This document shows positions 49,353 through 62,530 of a stretch of DNA of 64,000 nt, piece by piece. Within the stretch, counting starts at the first letter, position 1; the number at the start of each line of letters is the position of its first letter. The DNA comes from Octopus sinensis (taxonomy: Eukaryota). The notes under the pieces were generated by a model. It did no database searches and was not told the origin of the DNA. It worked only from the letters and a program-made list of their open reading frames with translations. The DNA lies in the NCBI RefSeq assembly GCF_006345805.1, contig NC_043015.1, forward strand, positions 31,186,001-31,250,000, in the 5' to 3' direction. The position numbers were made by a program, and so were the translations under genes.

Positions 49353-50054
49353 GATTTATGCTTATCGAATTGGCTATGATTTCTAACCAATGAGTCAGGT
49401 CGATATAAGATGATGAATGATTAAACTGTGACCTGAAAATGAAGTATTTCACAGCTTATTCCACATTACAATAATCCAACAACTTGGATCAGGATTTAGG
49501 GGTTCGGGATACTTTTTAAAAAAGTTTCCTTAGGTTTTTCTTTTTTTTTTAAATCATGTTTATACAGAAATAAAAGTAATGTTATGTTAATTAAATTCCT
49601 AAATTGCTCAACTTAATTACCATTCATGTAGTCAAGAATAATCCAAGATACAGCAAAACCTTGGCTATACTATCTGCTTATTACCTGAAGTGGTGATTGT
49701 ATTTCATCAGCTGCACCAAGACTGATTCTCTGGCAGAAAAACACTAAACTCACCCTGGTACAACCCACAAAGCTGTAAACAATACTGGAGAGAGGCACAG
49801 CTTGCTAGCTTAAACAGCAGCAGCTCTGTGAATGTGTTTTACCGACTTGCCAATGTGGGGTCTATAACCTACTGTGGGTCATTAAAAAAGAGGTGAACAA
49901 TGGTGTTATCCAAAGCACATGAAAGGAAGGATAGCTCCAACAATACCGCTCGGAATTACAGGAACAGTCACAATCAGGCACAGCACACTTTAGCATTATC
50001 TTTACACAATAACATTATCTTTACACTGACTCCAATGAGAATTATTTGATTTCA

Positions 50055-50580
50055 GATAATAGTTTTCCAAACGGAAAGACTCACTAGCTGAAACTGATGC
50101 AATCAATCATGACTACTTTTGATTTTCCGCCAGCAAATGAGGCACAAATTTTGCTGCAACTCTTTTCCTTTGCAATTCCTCACTCAAAATTCATTGGCAG
50201 AAGCTCCAGGATACACCAGTCATATCAACAAGTTCATCAATTGTTCAACAATGGTCTTCCAAGATCAGTTCACGCATTTTCATGAAGCTTTCATTCATGT
50301 GGGGGGTTTGACAATTGCCCTGAACGTGGTTGGTTTTCAAGCAACAATTGACCATTCCTAAAGCATGAAAACCACTCGTAAACTTGTGTTTTGCTCATGG
50401 CAGCATTCTTGTAAGCTGTTTGGATCATGACAACTGTTTCGGCCGCCGTTTTGTCCATAAGTAAACAGAATTTCAAGGAAACATTTTCTTCCTTCATTTC
50501 AGCTATCACAAAAATCAACAAGCAGGAAAGAAACTCTGCAAAACAAAGATGCACCACATGGCAGTACGACTCCACTCAAT
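50055..50580 (-). pseudogene. Mariner transposase N-terminal relic
   Basis: AEMKEENVSLKFCLLMDKTAAETVVMIQTAYKNAAMSKTQVYEWFSCFRNG..LENQPRSG, then after a frameshift RELILED..TIDELVDMTGVSW..ILSEELQRKRVAAKFVPHLL. This is the typical mariner HTH region plus the WVPHxL-like motif, with stops. Confidence 0.88.
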
Positions 50581-50884
50581 GACACTGGTTGGCAGACTGA
50601 TGACTGAGGGTTGCATCAAGTGATTTCTAGTGGCGGAAGCCTGAACTGCAATAGGTTTGCCCCACAGAGAACGTTTCCAGTTACTTTTGAGTGCCTTCTC
50701 ATAAAAGATCAATTCTTGATTTACTGAAATTCCCTTTACTTCAATGTTAAATGCTTGGTGGCAATTGCAACCAATTCCGAATGAGAAAGGGCTGATAATA
50801 TCCAGAATCAAAAATTCTCTAGAACTGATATACCATTAGGGAAAAGACAGAAAGACAGGGGTTGAAAAACATATATATATATAC

Positions 50885-51020
50885 TGAAGAATGACCTCAA
50901 GAAGCTGAACCCTTCAGACGAGATGACAAAGGACTGATGTGCCTGGCTGGACTCAAGAAGACTCGTACACCACAGCAGGTGCTCATGCAGCACCATGTAA
51001 AAGCACCCATGCAGCAGTAG
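50885..51020 (+). mobile_element. Decayed RTE LINE 3' end
   Basis: KNDLKKLNPSDEMTKD*CAW resembles the end of the RTE at 33650-33720. Followed by CATGTAAAAGCACCC, which is shared with the (GAT)n-tailed repeats. Confidence 0.55.
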
Positions 51021-53899
51021 AGCTGTGTGAAGATGCAGGTATGGCTGTATGGAAAAAAGGTTGCTTCCTAACCATATGGTTTCAGGTTCAGTCCCATGGA
51101 GTGGCATCACCTGGCCAACCAAAATCTTTGTGTGGATTTGGTAGACAGAAACAAGTTCACTGTGTGTATGTGTGTGCACAGATGCATGTGTGCATGCACA
51201 GCTGTGTTTCTATAAATCAGTTTATATTTATTCTTGTCTTCATGCATATTCACTGCTTGTAAATGATGACCTTACTGTTCGTGAAGACAGTGCCATTTGC
51301 TTGCCATCAATTGCAAAGGCACATGCAGGTTTCTTAATGTTATGAAGCTGAGTGATCTTTATAAACAAAGGGCTTGTTCATACCATATCGTTTGTTTCCA
51401 GTTCTCCGCATAACTATGTCTGGGTTGTTTACTGCTTTGATAGACTGAGAGATTATTACTTCACTTGGAAACAGGTGTAAAGTTGGCATTAGGAAGAGCA
51501 TCCAGCTATAGAAAACTCTGTGCCCTATGTTCCTTTGTTTAACCTATACAAAAGGAGATGTTAAAATGATGATGATGGTGGTGGTGGTCATGGTGGTGGT
51601 GGTGGTCGTCGTCATGGTAGTCGTAGTGGTGATGATACACTATAAAGCTCAAACAGACTGGAACTTGATGCTTCATCAATTAGTCTGTTCAACCAGACTG
51701 GTTGAAATTCCATTTGGTGTACCCCGTACAAACTATAGACCTATGAGAAATGCAGTGAAATCACAGACAGGGTTAGTTAACAGGGAAAGTAGACTTTGTT
51801 AACATTACGAAGGGTATGCAGCCATAAAAACCATGCCCAAAACTGAGACTCTGGAGCAAAGTCAAGTTAAAGTCCTCGATTTCATTGGCCATCCGATCCA
51901 AGCCACGTGGAAAATAGACAGAACGATGCTGATGATGATGTTGATGATGACGACGATGACGACAATGACAGAGGACTACATTTTCTAATGTATCCTGTTC
52001 TAATTTAAGATAGCAGGATGTAATTTGAAGGAAATTTGACAGCTACAACTTGTAGGTTGGGTGCCCATGCAGAAACCTGCCTTCACTAGCTGAAAGTAAA
52101 CTTTTGTCGCTGTTCTGTTATGTTCCCACACCAGTCATAGTTGAATAAAACTATAATGAAAAGCATTCCTGTCACAGCAATCTTTTCATTTGTAAACCAG
52201 GAACTGTATTGTCCAGTATAGCCTTTGTATATGACTATCGTGTGTTCTGTGAGAATATTAACTTCTATATTCAGCAAGTTGAGTGGTAGTTACCTTTTGA
52301 ACAAAGAGTTTCAATGAATAATTCTTTTGCTCTCTTTCTGTCTGACACTGTATGCTTCATATTTTCAAACTAGGTAGCTGAACTAACAGATTTATTTCAC
52401 TTGTTATACCAACTGAAGAAAAGAAGGACACAGCCATAGAAAATGAAAGAATCTCCGACAATAAATAGCAAGCCTTTGAAAACACCACCAAATTCAAGAT
52501 TTGTCAAAGAAATCTTAGCCAAGATGATAGAAAGGGAGTAATTTGTTAATCACATACACGTACAAACACACAATCACCATTATTATAAGATTAGTGCAAA
52601 CACATATACCTAAACTATGGAGAATTATACATTAGAATAACATACACAGTACAATACTATGGAGCATTATAGAATATTATTAGCAAATGACATAATTTTA
52701 ACATCCACTTTTCCAGGTTTGCATGGATTAGATAAGGTATCACTGAGGCAGATTTTTTCTATAGCCAGATGGGTTTTTTTTTGGGGGGGGGGTCACAAAC
52801 TTTAACCTATTTCCAAGCAAAGAAATATTTCTCATGGAACAAAATCAACCTGGAATAATGTGGTCATATTATAAATGAGATCAGGAATGGCAATGATAAG
52901 ACTCTGACAAATCAGCAGATTGAATGGTTGAATGACTGATCAAGCAATTGACTAGTTAAATGGTAAGCTGACTGAGTAATAATAATAAAAGGTGAAATAA
53001 AACCAGTGTAAGTGTCTCTTATTGGCAAACTGACCCTCCCATGATACATCTGTCTCAGCACATGATTTCACATCAAGTATTTTGTAAAACAAATACAAAA
53101 GCAATGAGCAAAAATCATATACATACACACACACATTAATAATATATTTAGTAATACTACTCTGTGGAGCATTCTGCGTGTGAATGTGTGTTTGTGTGGA
53201 CAGACAGGTAAGCAAATAAAGAGACAAATAATGCTGAATGCTTAGTAGCTTATAGCTATTTATGGAAAATATACACTTTTATGCCTTATCACCGAAACTA
53301 AACACAGTAGGTACATAATAAGGTTTATCATTATATGGCCAGAAATAATTTACCTAACCAGTTTATAGTCCCATTACATATCAAAGAAATAATAATAACC
53401 GTGTTCTATATTCAGAAAGAGCACCAGCTTATAACTATTGAGTACACAAACTAGGACACTGCTGGATTGGTGAGTCAGATTTGCATAACAGTGCATTTAG
53501 TGACAATCATTATATTTTATCTTTCAGGAAGTTTGTTGTATCATAGATCTCGGGCAGTCTTGGGTGGGTTGGTATCAAGAGGGTTAATGAACACTGACCT
53601 GGTGCTAAATGCAAATTATAACACCATTAAGTATGTCATGTCACAAAATTTCGTTTAAATATTGATTCTAAATAACAACAACAATAACAGCTGTGACAGA
53701 AATCCAACTGTGTTTTGAACATTAATGTACTAACAGAAAATTGTCACCTGATATCAATAGAGCAATTCAAATTGCCAATGAATAAAAATGAAAATACTGA
53801 AAGGTCATGTGGTCTTCAGAGAGAAACTAAGTTCTCTTTGAAACACAACAATATGTCTTGCAAACAACTTGCATGTGTAAGTGTTGCCAGTCAAGAACT

Positions 53900-54745
53900 C
53901 CGCATACCAGAAGCCAGCAAGTGTGTGGGATCATCAGGAGAGAATGCACGCCATTTTGGGGCCTACCTCTTGACAGCATCAATGCGCACCGGCACCCCCT
54001 CACTGATATGAGGCCCCGCTTGCTAGATCAACTAGTTATCAAATAAAGCTCAATATTCTTCTAGCTATCGCTCATCGTCTCTTCTTAACCAAATCCAGTG
54101 GCCAGCCTTTTCCACTGTACATTGGACATCGGTCATAGTGGTATTCACTTTACAATGAGCTAGGCTTAACAATAACAACAGTTGTCTCACTGTGTCCAAC
54201 AAACCTTCTACATCCGACTTCAATTGGAAAATGCTCTGCTTTCCAACTTGCGTCTTCACATTCCTCGAGGAGGTTTACATAACAGTCAATCTTTCAAGCC
54301 CAAGCGGCATCCATGTTATCTTCATGAGGAACTGTTAACTCAACTAGATTCACAACTTCCTTTCTTTCACACCACATTAAAATGTCGGGTTTTTTTCGTA
54401 ACTGGGATCCTGGTAAATCTGCAGTCACCTCCCAATAGCCTTTCCACTTTCCATCGCTCACAGGAAATTTGTTGTTCTTCATGAAATGGATCCGCTGTCC
54501 TGAGCGCACAACGGTAATGGAATCTCTAGTTGGTACTTGCAATGGCTTTTTTCACTGTTGTTGAGATCAATTTGGTTCTTTATAGCTTTGAAGATAACCT
54601 GAAGGACCAGGTTGTGTCTCCATGTATACCTGTTCAATGCTACTGAAGAGTTGGAAAGAATATGTTTCAGTGTTCTGACCTTTCCGCATTTGCACATTCT
54701 CTGAAACATTCCATCTTACTAGATTTGCTCAGGCTTGTTTTCTTT
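53900..54745 (-). mobile_element. 5'-truncated, decayed HERO-like (R2-superfamily) non-LTR retrotransposon: CCHC knuckle plus restriction-like endonuclease and 3' UTR
   Basis: Frameshifted reading ANLVRWN..CKCG..TLKHILSN(S)..ALNRYTWRHN.VL, then KKPDILMW..VELTVPHE..K..Y..L.EEC...W.A....IEVGCR.F..AGHWIWL. This is the motif order of RLE-type elements and resembles the HERO clade as recalled. The 3' UTR end is approximate. Confidence 0.8.
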
Positions 54746-54749
54746 TTAA

Positions 54750-54940
54750 CCCTTTAGAATTGGAATTTTTGAAAAGTAAAAATTTTGTATTATGTAGCTT
54801 GTTATTCTCTTTAAGTGAACATTTTTCTGGTTGAAATACACCGAAAAATGGCGACACAGCAGTAAAAAAATCGTAAAAAATAAGGATTTTCTTAGAAAAA
54901 AAAAGCACATTTTTGATGTAAATAATTTTGGGGCTTAACA
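54750..54940. mobile_element. Truncated piggyBac-like MITE at the 5' break of the HERO relic
   Basis: TTAA|CCCTTTAGAATT start. No clean matching right TIR. Confidence 0.45.
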
Positions 54941-55905
54941 TGGTTCGATTTGAATTTTATCTTCTACGGAATGAAGAGCAAGCCTTCTTCTATCATACTC
55001 TCAATTTTGGTCAACTTGCACTGCAGGGTCTCGGAGGAGATAGTGTTAGTTGAAGGCTACCAAACCTGCCATACACAGACAACTTCAGCTTTATATATAA
55101 AGATTTGGTATAAAATTTATTTCAAATATAATATGGGACAGAAATTTCTGGGACAGCATGATGAAATGCATCTCAGTTTTAGCCACTTAAAGATGAATAT
55201 TTCATTCAACTGTGAGTCCATAAAACTATTTGTAACATTAACAAAAACAATCAATACTATTGCTGCTGCTGCTGCTGCTGCTGCTGCGGTCGTATTCTTA
55301 ACAATTTGCATCACAAAACACAAGTAAACAGCTGTCAAAAAAGAATTACGAAAAATAAATTAAATATCCTAAAACTAATATTGAGCTTATTACTCGTTCT
55401 GCTAATTCTAATTCTTCAGATATATTTACAATTTCGCCTCAGGTAGTTGCAATTCAACATGTCAAAGCAAGACATCAGATACAAGTTAATATATTCCAAA
55501 AAAAAAAAAAAAAAAAAAAAAAGAGTAGAAAAAATTGTTTAACAAATGACGAAAATCATCTTGTATATAATTATTGAATGCCACCAAAATATGTTGTGAC
55601 CACATTATTGAACACGATCACTGTCATCGTCATCACCATCATACGGACAGTGAAGATGTCCAAGATGAAGAAGCACTACACTAGTTGCATTAATGTTGGT
55701 AGCTCAGTACTTTGTTGCTCTTCAGTTTATATCTGTCCAGGATCCTATTAGTTTCTCAACCCTCAGGAGTCAATTAAGTACCAGTAATATACGAAGGTTA
55801 TCTGATCCCCCAACTCATCACCACCATCGTCACACCTGCTGCAATTAGATTTGTAGGTGGATTGAATGCTTCATTGCATTTGGATCAATGGAATCAACTG
55901 AACAG

Positions 55906-56125
55906 AAGGCAGCAAGCTGGCAGAATCGTTAGCACACCGGGTGAAATGCTTTGCGGTATTTCGTCTGCCGCTACATTCCGCCGAAGTCGACTTTACCTTT
56001 CATCCTTTCGGGGTCGATTAAATAAGTACCAGTTACACACTGGGGTCGATGTAATCGACTTAATCCATGTGTCTGTCCTTGTTTGTCCCCTCTGCGTTTA
56101 GCCCCTTGTGGGTAGTAAAGAAATA
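55906..56125 (+). mobile_element. SINE family B, full length, 14-bp TSD
   Basis: GGAATCAACTGAAC at 55890-55903 and 56126-56139. Confidence 0.88.
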
Positions 56126-56686
56126 GGAATCAACTGAACCCTTTCCCCGAATTTACAGGCCTTCAGCTTAAATCAAAAAGACTTGGCAGAATTTCATCCC
56201 ACTTTATATTGTAATCTCAAATTCTGTCGAGGCCAACTTGGCCTTTCGTCTTTTCAGAGTCTATAAAATAAGTAGCAGTTGAGCAATGGGGTCTATGTAA
56301 CTGACAGGCCTCCTCTTCCAAAATTTCAGAATTTCTGCCAATAGTAGAAAGAATTGCTATTGTTGTTGTTATTATCATTATTAAGGCAGAGAGCTGGCAG
56401 AATTGTTAACACATCAGGCAAAATGCTTAGTAGCATTTCATCCATTCAAAATGCTTAGCAGTATTTCATTCTGAGTTCAAATTCTACCGAGGTTGACTTT
56501 GCCTTTCATCCTTTCAGGGTCAATGAAAAGAGTACCAGTTACACACTGGGGTTAATGTAATTGACTTAACCCCTGTCCCAAAATTGCTGGGCTTATGCTA
56601 TGCTAAAATTTAAAACCAATAATATAAAGTAATATATGGTGTGAATGGTTTTGGTAGACAAAAACTGAAAGAAGCCCGTCATACAT

Positions 56687-56727
<41 letters not shown>

Positions 56728-59486
56728 ATGCGTGTGTGTGTGTGTGTGTAGAGTGTTTACATGACTATTGCTGTAGAGGGTTTCCGTGACTATTCCCATA
56801 ACAGTAGACAGGAGGAGGACAAGAGAGTGATGTTATGTAGGTTGCAGTAGTGGGTGGGGAAGAGAGAGGCAGGCATAGTGCAAGGGAAAGATGAGAGATA
56901 TCATCATCATCATCATTTAGCATCTGTCTTCCATGCTGGTATGGGTTGGACGTATTATTGTAAAATTAGCAAGTCAGCATGCCAGAAACCTATGTCTTTG
57001 CAAGTATACTCAGAGTTGAATTTGAACTCAGTATTACAAGTTAACAAGATGTTCATCAGTTTAACAGTTTGTTATTTGCATGCAGCCCACATCCATACCA
57101 AAAGAAGATACAATAATTACAGTGATGTAGGTAGACTTAGTAAGAGTTACTTGTCTCTGTCGTCACAGAATGTGAACCACCAACTCTTTTGACCAAAAGT
57201 ACATAATATTTTCATGTTGGGTTTTCTATTCATAGATTAATTTCTCGAGCAATTGAGCAGAAATCATACACATAGAACTTTCAATTTTAAAAATGAGGGA
57301 TTACAGATAGTATATGAAGTTAATCAGGACATCTAATTCAAAATGCTATAATTTCCAAGATAAATTGTATTTATTTTGAATATCAAAAAGAATTATTCCA
57401 TAAAAATACTGGAGTTACGTCCCTTGTATGCAAGGAACCCACTAAACAGACATTGTCGTGTAAACAGAAAAGCTAAGTATCCAGCTTAGAGAACAGAACA
57501 GAATTACCATTTTATCAATCAACCTCTCTATTTACCTTTGTAGGTATTGTGTGACAGAGGTCCAATGTAACTAAAAATAATAGTCATCATTAATCATTTT
57601 ATATTGGGATAGTTTACAGAATCACAAGTATAGACATCTTCTCTGCTCTCCCACCCTTGACCTAAAAGAACTTCTAGTATGTAGCAAATGGATGGAGTGA
57701 AGACTGCACCAGCACAGAGTTAGTACTTTCTTTTTTATCGATTTAAAAGGGATGAAAGGCGAAGCGGAATGCACGAGTACAGGGAGCCAAAATGAACACA
57801 CAACACACTCTATCCAACTTTCTAACAACTCAACTAAGTGATTACCTAAATAGTATTTATCCTAAAATAAAGGCGTAGAAAAGAGCTCAATAGAAGGCTA
57901 AATTGGTTAACCCCAAAGAAAAAGGATCCTGCACAAAACAGATTTGTTTGTTTCTTCCAGTAAATCAATTTATTTCAGGTAAAGAGCAATTTCACACACT
58001 TCCTAAAAACAACAGTTTATTTTTGGTTAGTGAGGAAAAAAGTTGTTCCAAGTGTCGATGGATACATTAGTAATTTGATTAATGTTTCAAAACTGATTGT
58101 TCATAGGTGAGCGAAAGAGAGAGACACACACACGATTACAGTGGCGTACTCCGGATGAATGGTAACAGTAATCCGTAGGTGTAAAAATCCAGGAATTGGT
58201 TATCCAAGTCAGTCAGAAGGCCGGGGTATATAAAGTGAATCCAAACATGAAAACACATTCATCAGTCCATGTATGTGTGTGTGTATATATATACATATAT
58301 ATATATATGTATATTTATTCCTCAAAGGGCGGAGGAACTCTTGAGAGTCAACGGCTATCCAATAAATGTCTTAGGGCTGTATCATGCGCGGGGACATAGA
58401 AATAATTGGAATGAATACCCGATCGCATTGTTAAACCATTGGGAGTGAAGGACTCCTAGCCTTTGTTAGGGTATCCTTCTAGGAGAAGGTAACTCAGGTA
58501 ACTGGATAACTCCGACATAAAACCTGCGGCTCAGTGGTTACCGATGATGTTGACTTGTTCTTCTTTTCGGATTATGGCTGCTGTTGCTTGGTGAGTGAGA
58601 TTGATTCAGTGCACAGCCTTTCCTCACTTTAAAAAAAATCTTCTTGCACAGGCATTGCACAACAACAACATTGATTAAGCTTTGTGCAATGGCCATACTC
58701 AATAACGAGGGGGCAGCCACCATATATATGTAAGGTGGCGAGATGTTAGTATGCCAGGCAAAATGCATGTTCTAGTTCAAATTTCACCATGGTCAACTTT
58801 GCCTTTCATTCTTATGGGTTCGATAAAATACGTACCAGTTGAGTATTGGGGTCGACTCAGTCACCTGAAATTGCTGGCCTTGTGCCAAAATTTGAAATCA
58901 ATATGTGTGCGTGTAACATACCCACACGTGTGTGCATAACATGTCTGTGAGCATAAGCAAGTGTGAGAGCATATGAGACATATAAAGAGTCAAATAGAAA
59001 GAGAATACAAAGAGAATGAGAGAGAGAGAGAGAGAGAGAGAGAGGAATCTTGTAGATTTATTAATTCTTGTCAGTGTTTTAAGTGTGAAATTTTTTTCTG
59101 CAATGACAAATCTATTTCATCTGAAGTGTTCATATTCCATCAGAGACATAGAAATAAATTCTATCATTACCACGATGAGATAACTGATCGCAGGAATTTC
59201 TGAAATTGTGAAATAAAATATTGCAGTGTTTTTGTCATTTAAAAACTCTCAGCTGCACCAGAGCAGTTTTAATCTCTGGAATTTTCGAAATGTCATGAAA
59301 AGAAAATTATCAAAAATTCTTAAAGGGTGTGGATTTGGAATAGTGTTTATTTTTTTTTATCTGTCACTTGTTTTAGTCATTGCACTGTGGCCATGCTGGA
59401 GTACTGAAATGGAGGGTTTAGTCATACAAATTAACCCCAGCACTTTTTCTTTTAAGTCTGATATTCTTCCAGTTCACTATTGCCAA

Positions 59487-59724
59487 ACCTATTTCCTTAC
59501 TACTCACAAGGGGCTAAACACAGAGAGGGGACAAACAAGGACAGACAAATGGATTAAGTCAATTGCATCGGCCCCAGTGCATAACTGGTACTTAATTTAT
59601 CAGCCCCGAAAGGATGAAATGCAAAGTCAACCTCAGCGAAATTTGAACTCAGAACGTAACGGCAGACGAAATGCGGCTACACATTCCGCCCGGCGTGCTG
59701 ACGTTTCTGCCAGCTCACCGCCTT
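59487..59724 (-). mobile_element. SINE family B, full length
   Basis: Colinear with the consensus. Confidence 0.85.
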
Positions 59725-59789
59725 AAAAATATATGCTTAACACAAGACATATTAGTAACAGTGACTGAACATGGAACTCAATGCCTGTT

Positions 59790-60119
59790 TTGTTTTGTTT
59801 TTTTTTGCTTTTTTATATGCCCTTTTCAAGCCTAGCCAGACTCATGGGCCCGGTTTCCCAGTTTCTATGGCGTATGTGTTCCCCCCAGTTGGATGGAATG
59901 GTAGTCCATCGCAGCATTATTCAAGAAACAGGAAGAGAGAGTGAGAGAAAGTTGTGGTGAAAGAGTACAACAGGGGTCGCTACCAACCCCTGCCGAAGCC
60001 TCGTGGAGCTTTAGGTGTTATTCGTTCAATAAACACACACAACGCCCAGTCTGGGAAGCAAAACCCCGATCCTACGACTGTGAGTCCGCTACCCTAACCA
60101 CTGGGCCATTGCGCCTCCA
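59790..60119 (-). mobile_element. tRNA-derived SINE, family E (V/Meta-type central motif)
   Basis: A box TGGCCCAGTGG, central TGCGATGGACT..CCATCCA..GGGGG and GAAACCGGGCCC, A-rich tail. A related fragment lies at about 63880-64000. Confidence 0.7.
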
Positions 60120-60232
60120 CTGCACCAGAGCAGTTTTAATCACTTTTGTCAAACCGCTAAACTACTAGGATGTAAACATATGAACACTGATTGTCAAACA
60201 ATGGGCGATACAAACTCAAACACATACATGCA

Positions 60233-60640
60233 CTGGCATGACAGTGTAGTAAGAAGCTTGCTTCCCAACCGCATGGTTCCAGGTTCAGTCCCACTGTGTG
60301 GCACCTTGAGCAGGTATCGTCTACTACAGTTTCATACCAACCAAAGCCTTGTGAGTGGATTTGGTAGATGGAAACTGAAAGAAGCCTGTTGTATATAGAT
60401 GTGTGTATATATATCTATGAGTGTATGCCATTGTGTTTGTGTTTGTCCTCCCATCACTGCTTGACAACCAGTGTGTTGGTGTATTTATGTCCCCATAACT
60501 TTGTGGTTCAGCAAAAGAGGCCAATAGAATAAGTACTAGACTTTAAAAAGTTCTGGGGGTTGATTCATTCAACTAAAACCCTTCACAACAGTGCTCCAGC
60601 ATGGCCACAGTCAAATGATTGAAATAAGTAAAAGAATGAA
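60233..60640 (+). mobile_element. SINE family A, diverged
   Basis: Colinear with the consensus. Confidence 0.8.
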
Positions 60641-61184
60641 ACAATGTGTATATTTTATATATATATATTTATATATATATATATATATATACATAACAGG
60701 CTTCTACCATATTCACTCACAAGCCTTTGGTTTGCATAGGGCAATAGTAGAAGACACTTGCCCAAGATGCTGTGCAGAGGGACTGGACCCTAAAATCATG
60801 CGATTGCAAAAGGCAATAAGAGCCCTAGGAGTTAGAGTTTTGGGTTCATGATTGCTATGTTGTTATGTTCTGCATAAAGAGACGAAGAAAGAAAAATCAA
60901 AATCAAAACCAACAACCCTTTCGCAATATTTCAAAAGCAAAAGCACGCATTTATTTATCTATTTACTGCAAATGCAAATATAAGTTAATAAACTCGTAAA
61001 CCATAAAATTACATCTAATTTATTTCCACCTTTATATCAATTTCTATACATGTTAACTTTAAGGAATTTGGGTAAATTAGAAATTCAGATAGCAGTCAGC
61101 AATTTTTACATGCATTTACATATTTAGACATTTGCAATGTTTTTGTAACCCACATTACTCACATTTAGCAGGCTACATATATAT

Positions 61185-61239
<55 letters not shown>

Positions 61240-61314
61240 ATATACACATACATTTATGAATTTGTGTTGAAAGATTCCTGATGTGAAACCATGTGTTAAA
61301 GCAGATATGGTTGT

Positions 61315-61500
61315 ATTTCAGGGTGTTCATTTAAAACAAATTTTTTTTTTTGCCAAATAAACACCCACACACACACTGTATATTCGTTCTTCACTTGTTT
61401 ATTACTGTTCTTATTCTAACTCATGTCCATTGTCCAGAAATGTTTTGTCACACACCTGTGACCTCTTCAGCAGCACCTACCATCCTCGTGTGTGCTCTTG
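61315..61500 (-). repeat. Homologue of the 21004-21160 repeat
   Basis: Shares GCCAAATAAACA..CACTRTATATTCGTTCTTCACT..ATGTCCATTGTC..GAAAT..GTGACCTCWTCAGCA. Confidence 0.75.
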
Positions 61501-61566
61501 CTATGATTTGTCCATTCTGTTCTTCTATGATGTGTATCCTTATATATATATATATATATATATATT

Positions 61567-61780
61567 CTTTTCTTTTATTCTTTTACTTGTTTCAGTCAGT
61601 TGACTGTGGCCATGCTGGAGCACCACCTTTAGTCGAATCAAATTGACCCCAGGACTTATTCTTTGTAAGCCTAGTACTTATTCTATCAGTCTCTTTTGCC
61701 AAACCGCTAAGTTACGGGGACCTAAACACACCAGCATCAGTTGTCAAGCGATGTTGGGGGGGACAAACACAGGCACACAA

Positions 61781-61829
<49 letters not shown>

Positions 61830-62014
61830 ACACACACACACACATATATATATACGACGGGCTTCTTTCAGTTTCCATCTACCAAATCCACTCACAAAGC
61901 TTTGGTCGATCCGAGGCTATAGTAGAAGAACACTTGCCCAAGGTGCCACACAGTGGGACTGAACCCGGAACCATGTGGTTGGTAAGCAAGCTACTTACCC
62001 ACACAGCCATTCCT
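61567..62014 (-). mobile_element. SINE family A, full length
   Basis: Near-consensus copy with an expanded (CA)n. Confidence 0.88.
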
Positions 62015-62301
62015 GAAAGTTTATGAGAATTACTTAATACAGTTTTGAAGTGTAAAGGTGATTTTTTTAAAAATTATCTTTTAAAAAAATGTTATGAAAT
62101 TTTTTTATCAGGATGTTACTTTTTGGGGAATAAGTTTCTTCTAGTGTGTGAGCACTTTCGTTTAACCTTTTTGTTATGTCCCACTCCTGCATATCAGTGG
62201 CTGTGTGAGCCATGATTCTTTGTCGCCACTGTTATGTCCCGCATAATGACAATGCAAGACTGGCCCAAACAGTGTCAGTCCAGTATTTATTAGTAGTAGG
62301 C

Positions 62302-62530
62302 AGTGGCACGTAAAGAGCACCATCCGATCGTGGCCGTTTGCAGCCTCGTCTGGCACGTAAAAAGCACCCACTACACTCATGGAGTGGTTGGCGTTAGGAA
62401 GGGCATCCAGCCGTAGAAACATTGCCAGATTAGACTGGGCCTGGTGCAGCCTTCTGGCTTCCCAGACCCCAGTTGCACCGTCCAACCCATGCCAGCATGG
62501 AAAGCGGACGCTAAACGATGATGATGATGA
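62302..62530 (+). mobile_element. Family C element
   Basis: Consensus 3' part with a (GAT)n tail. Confidence 0.85.
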
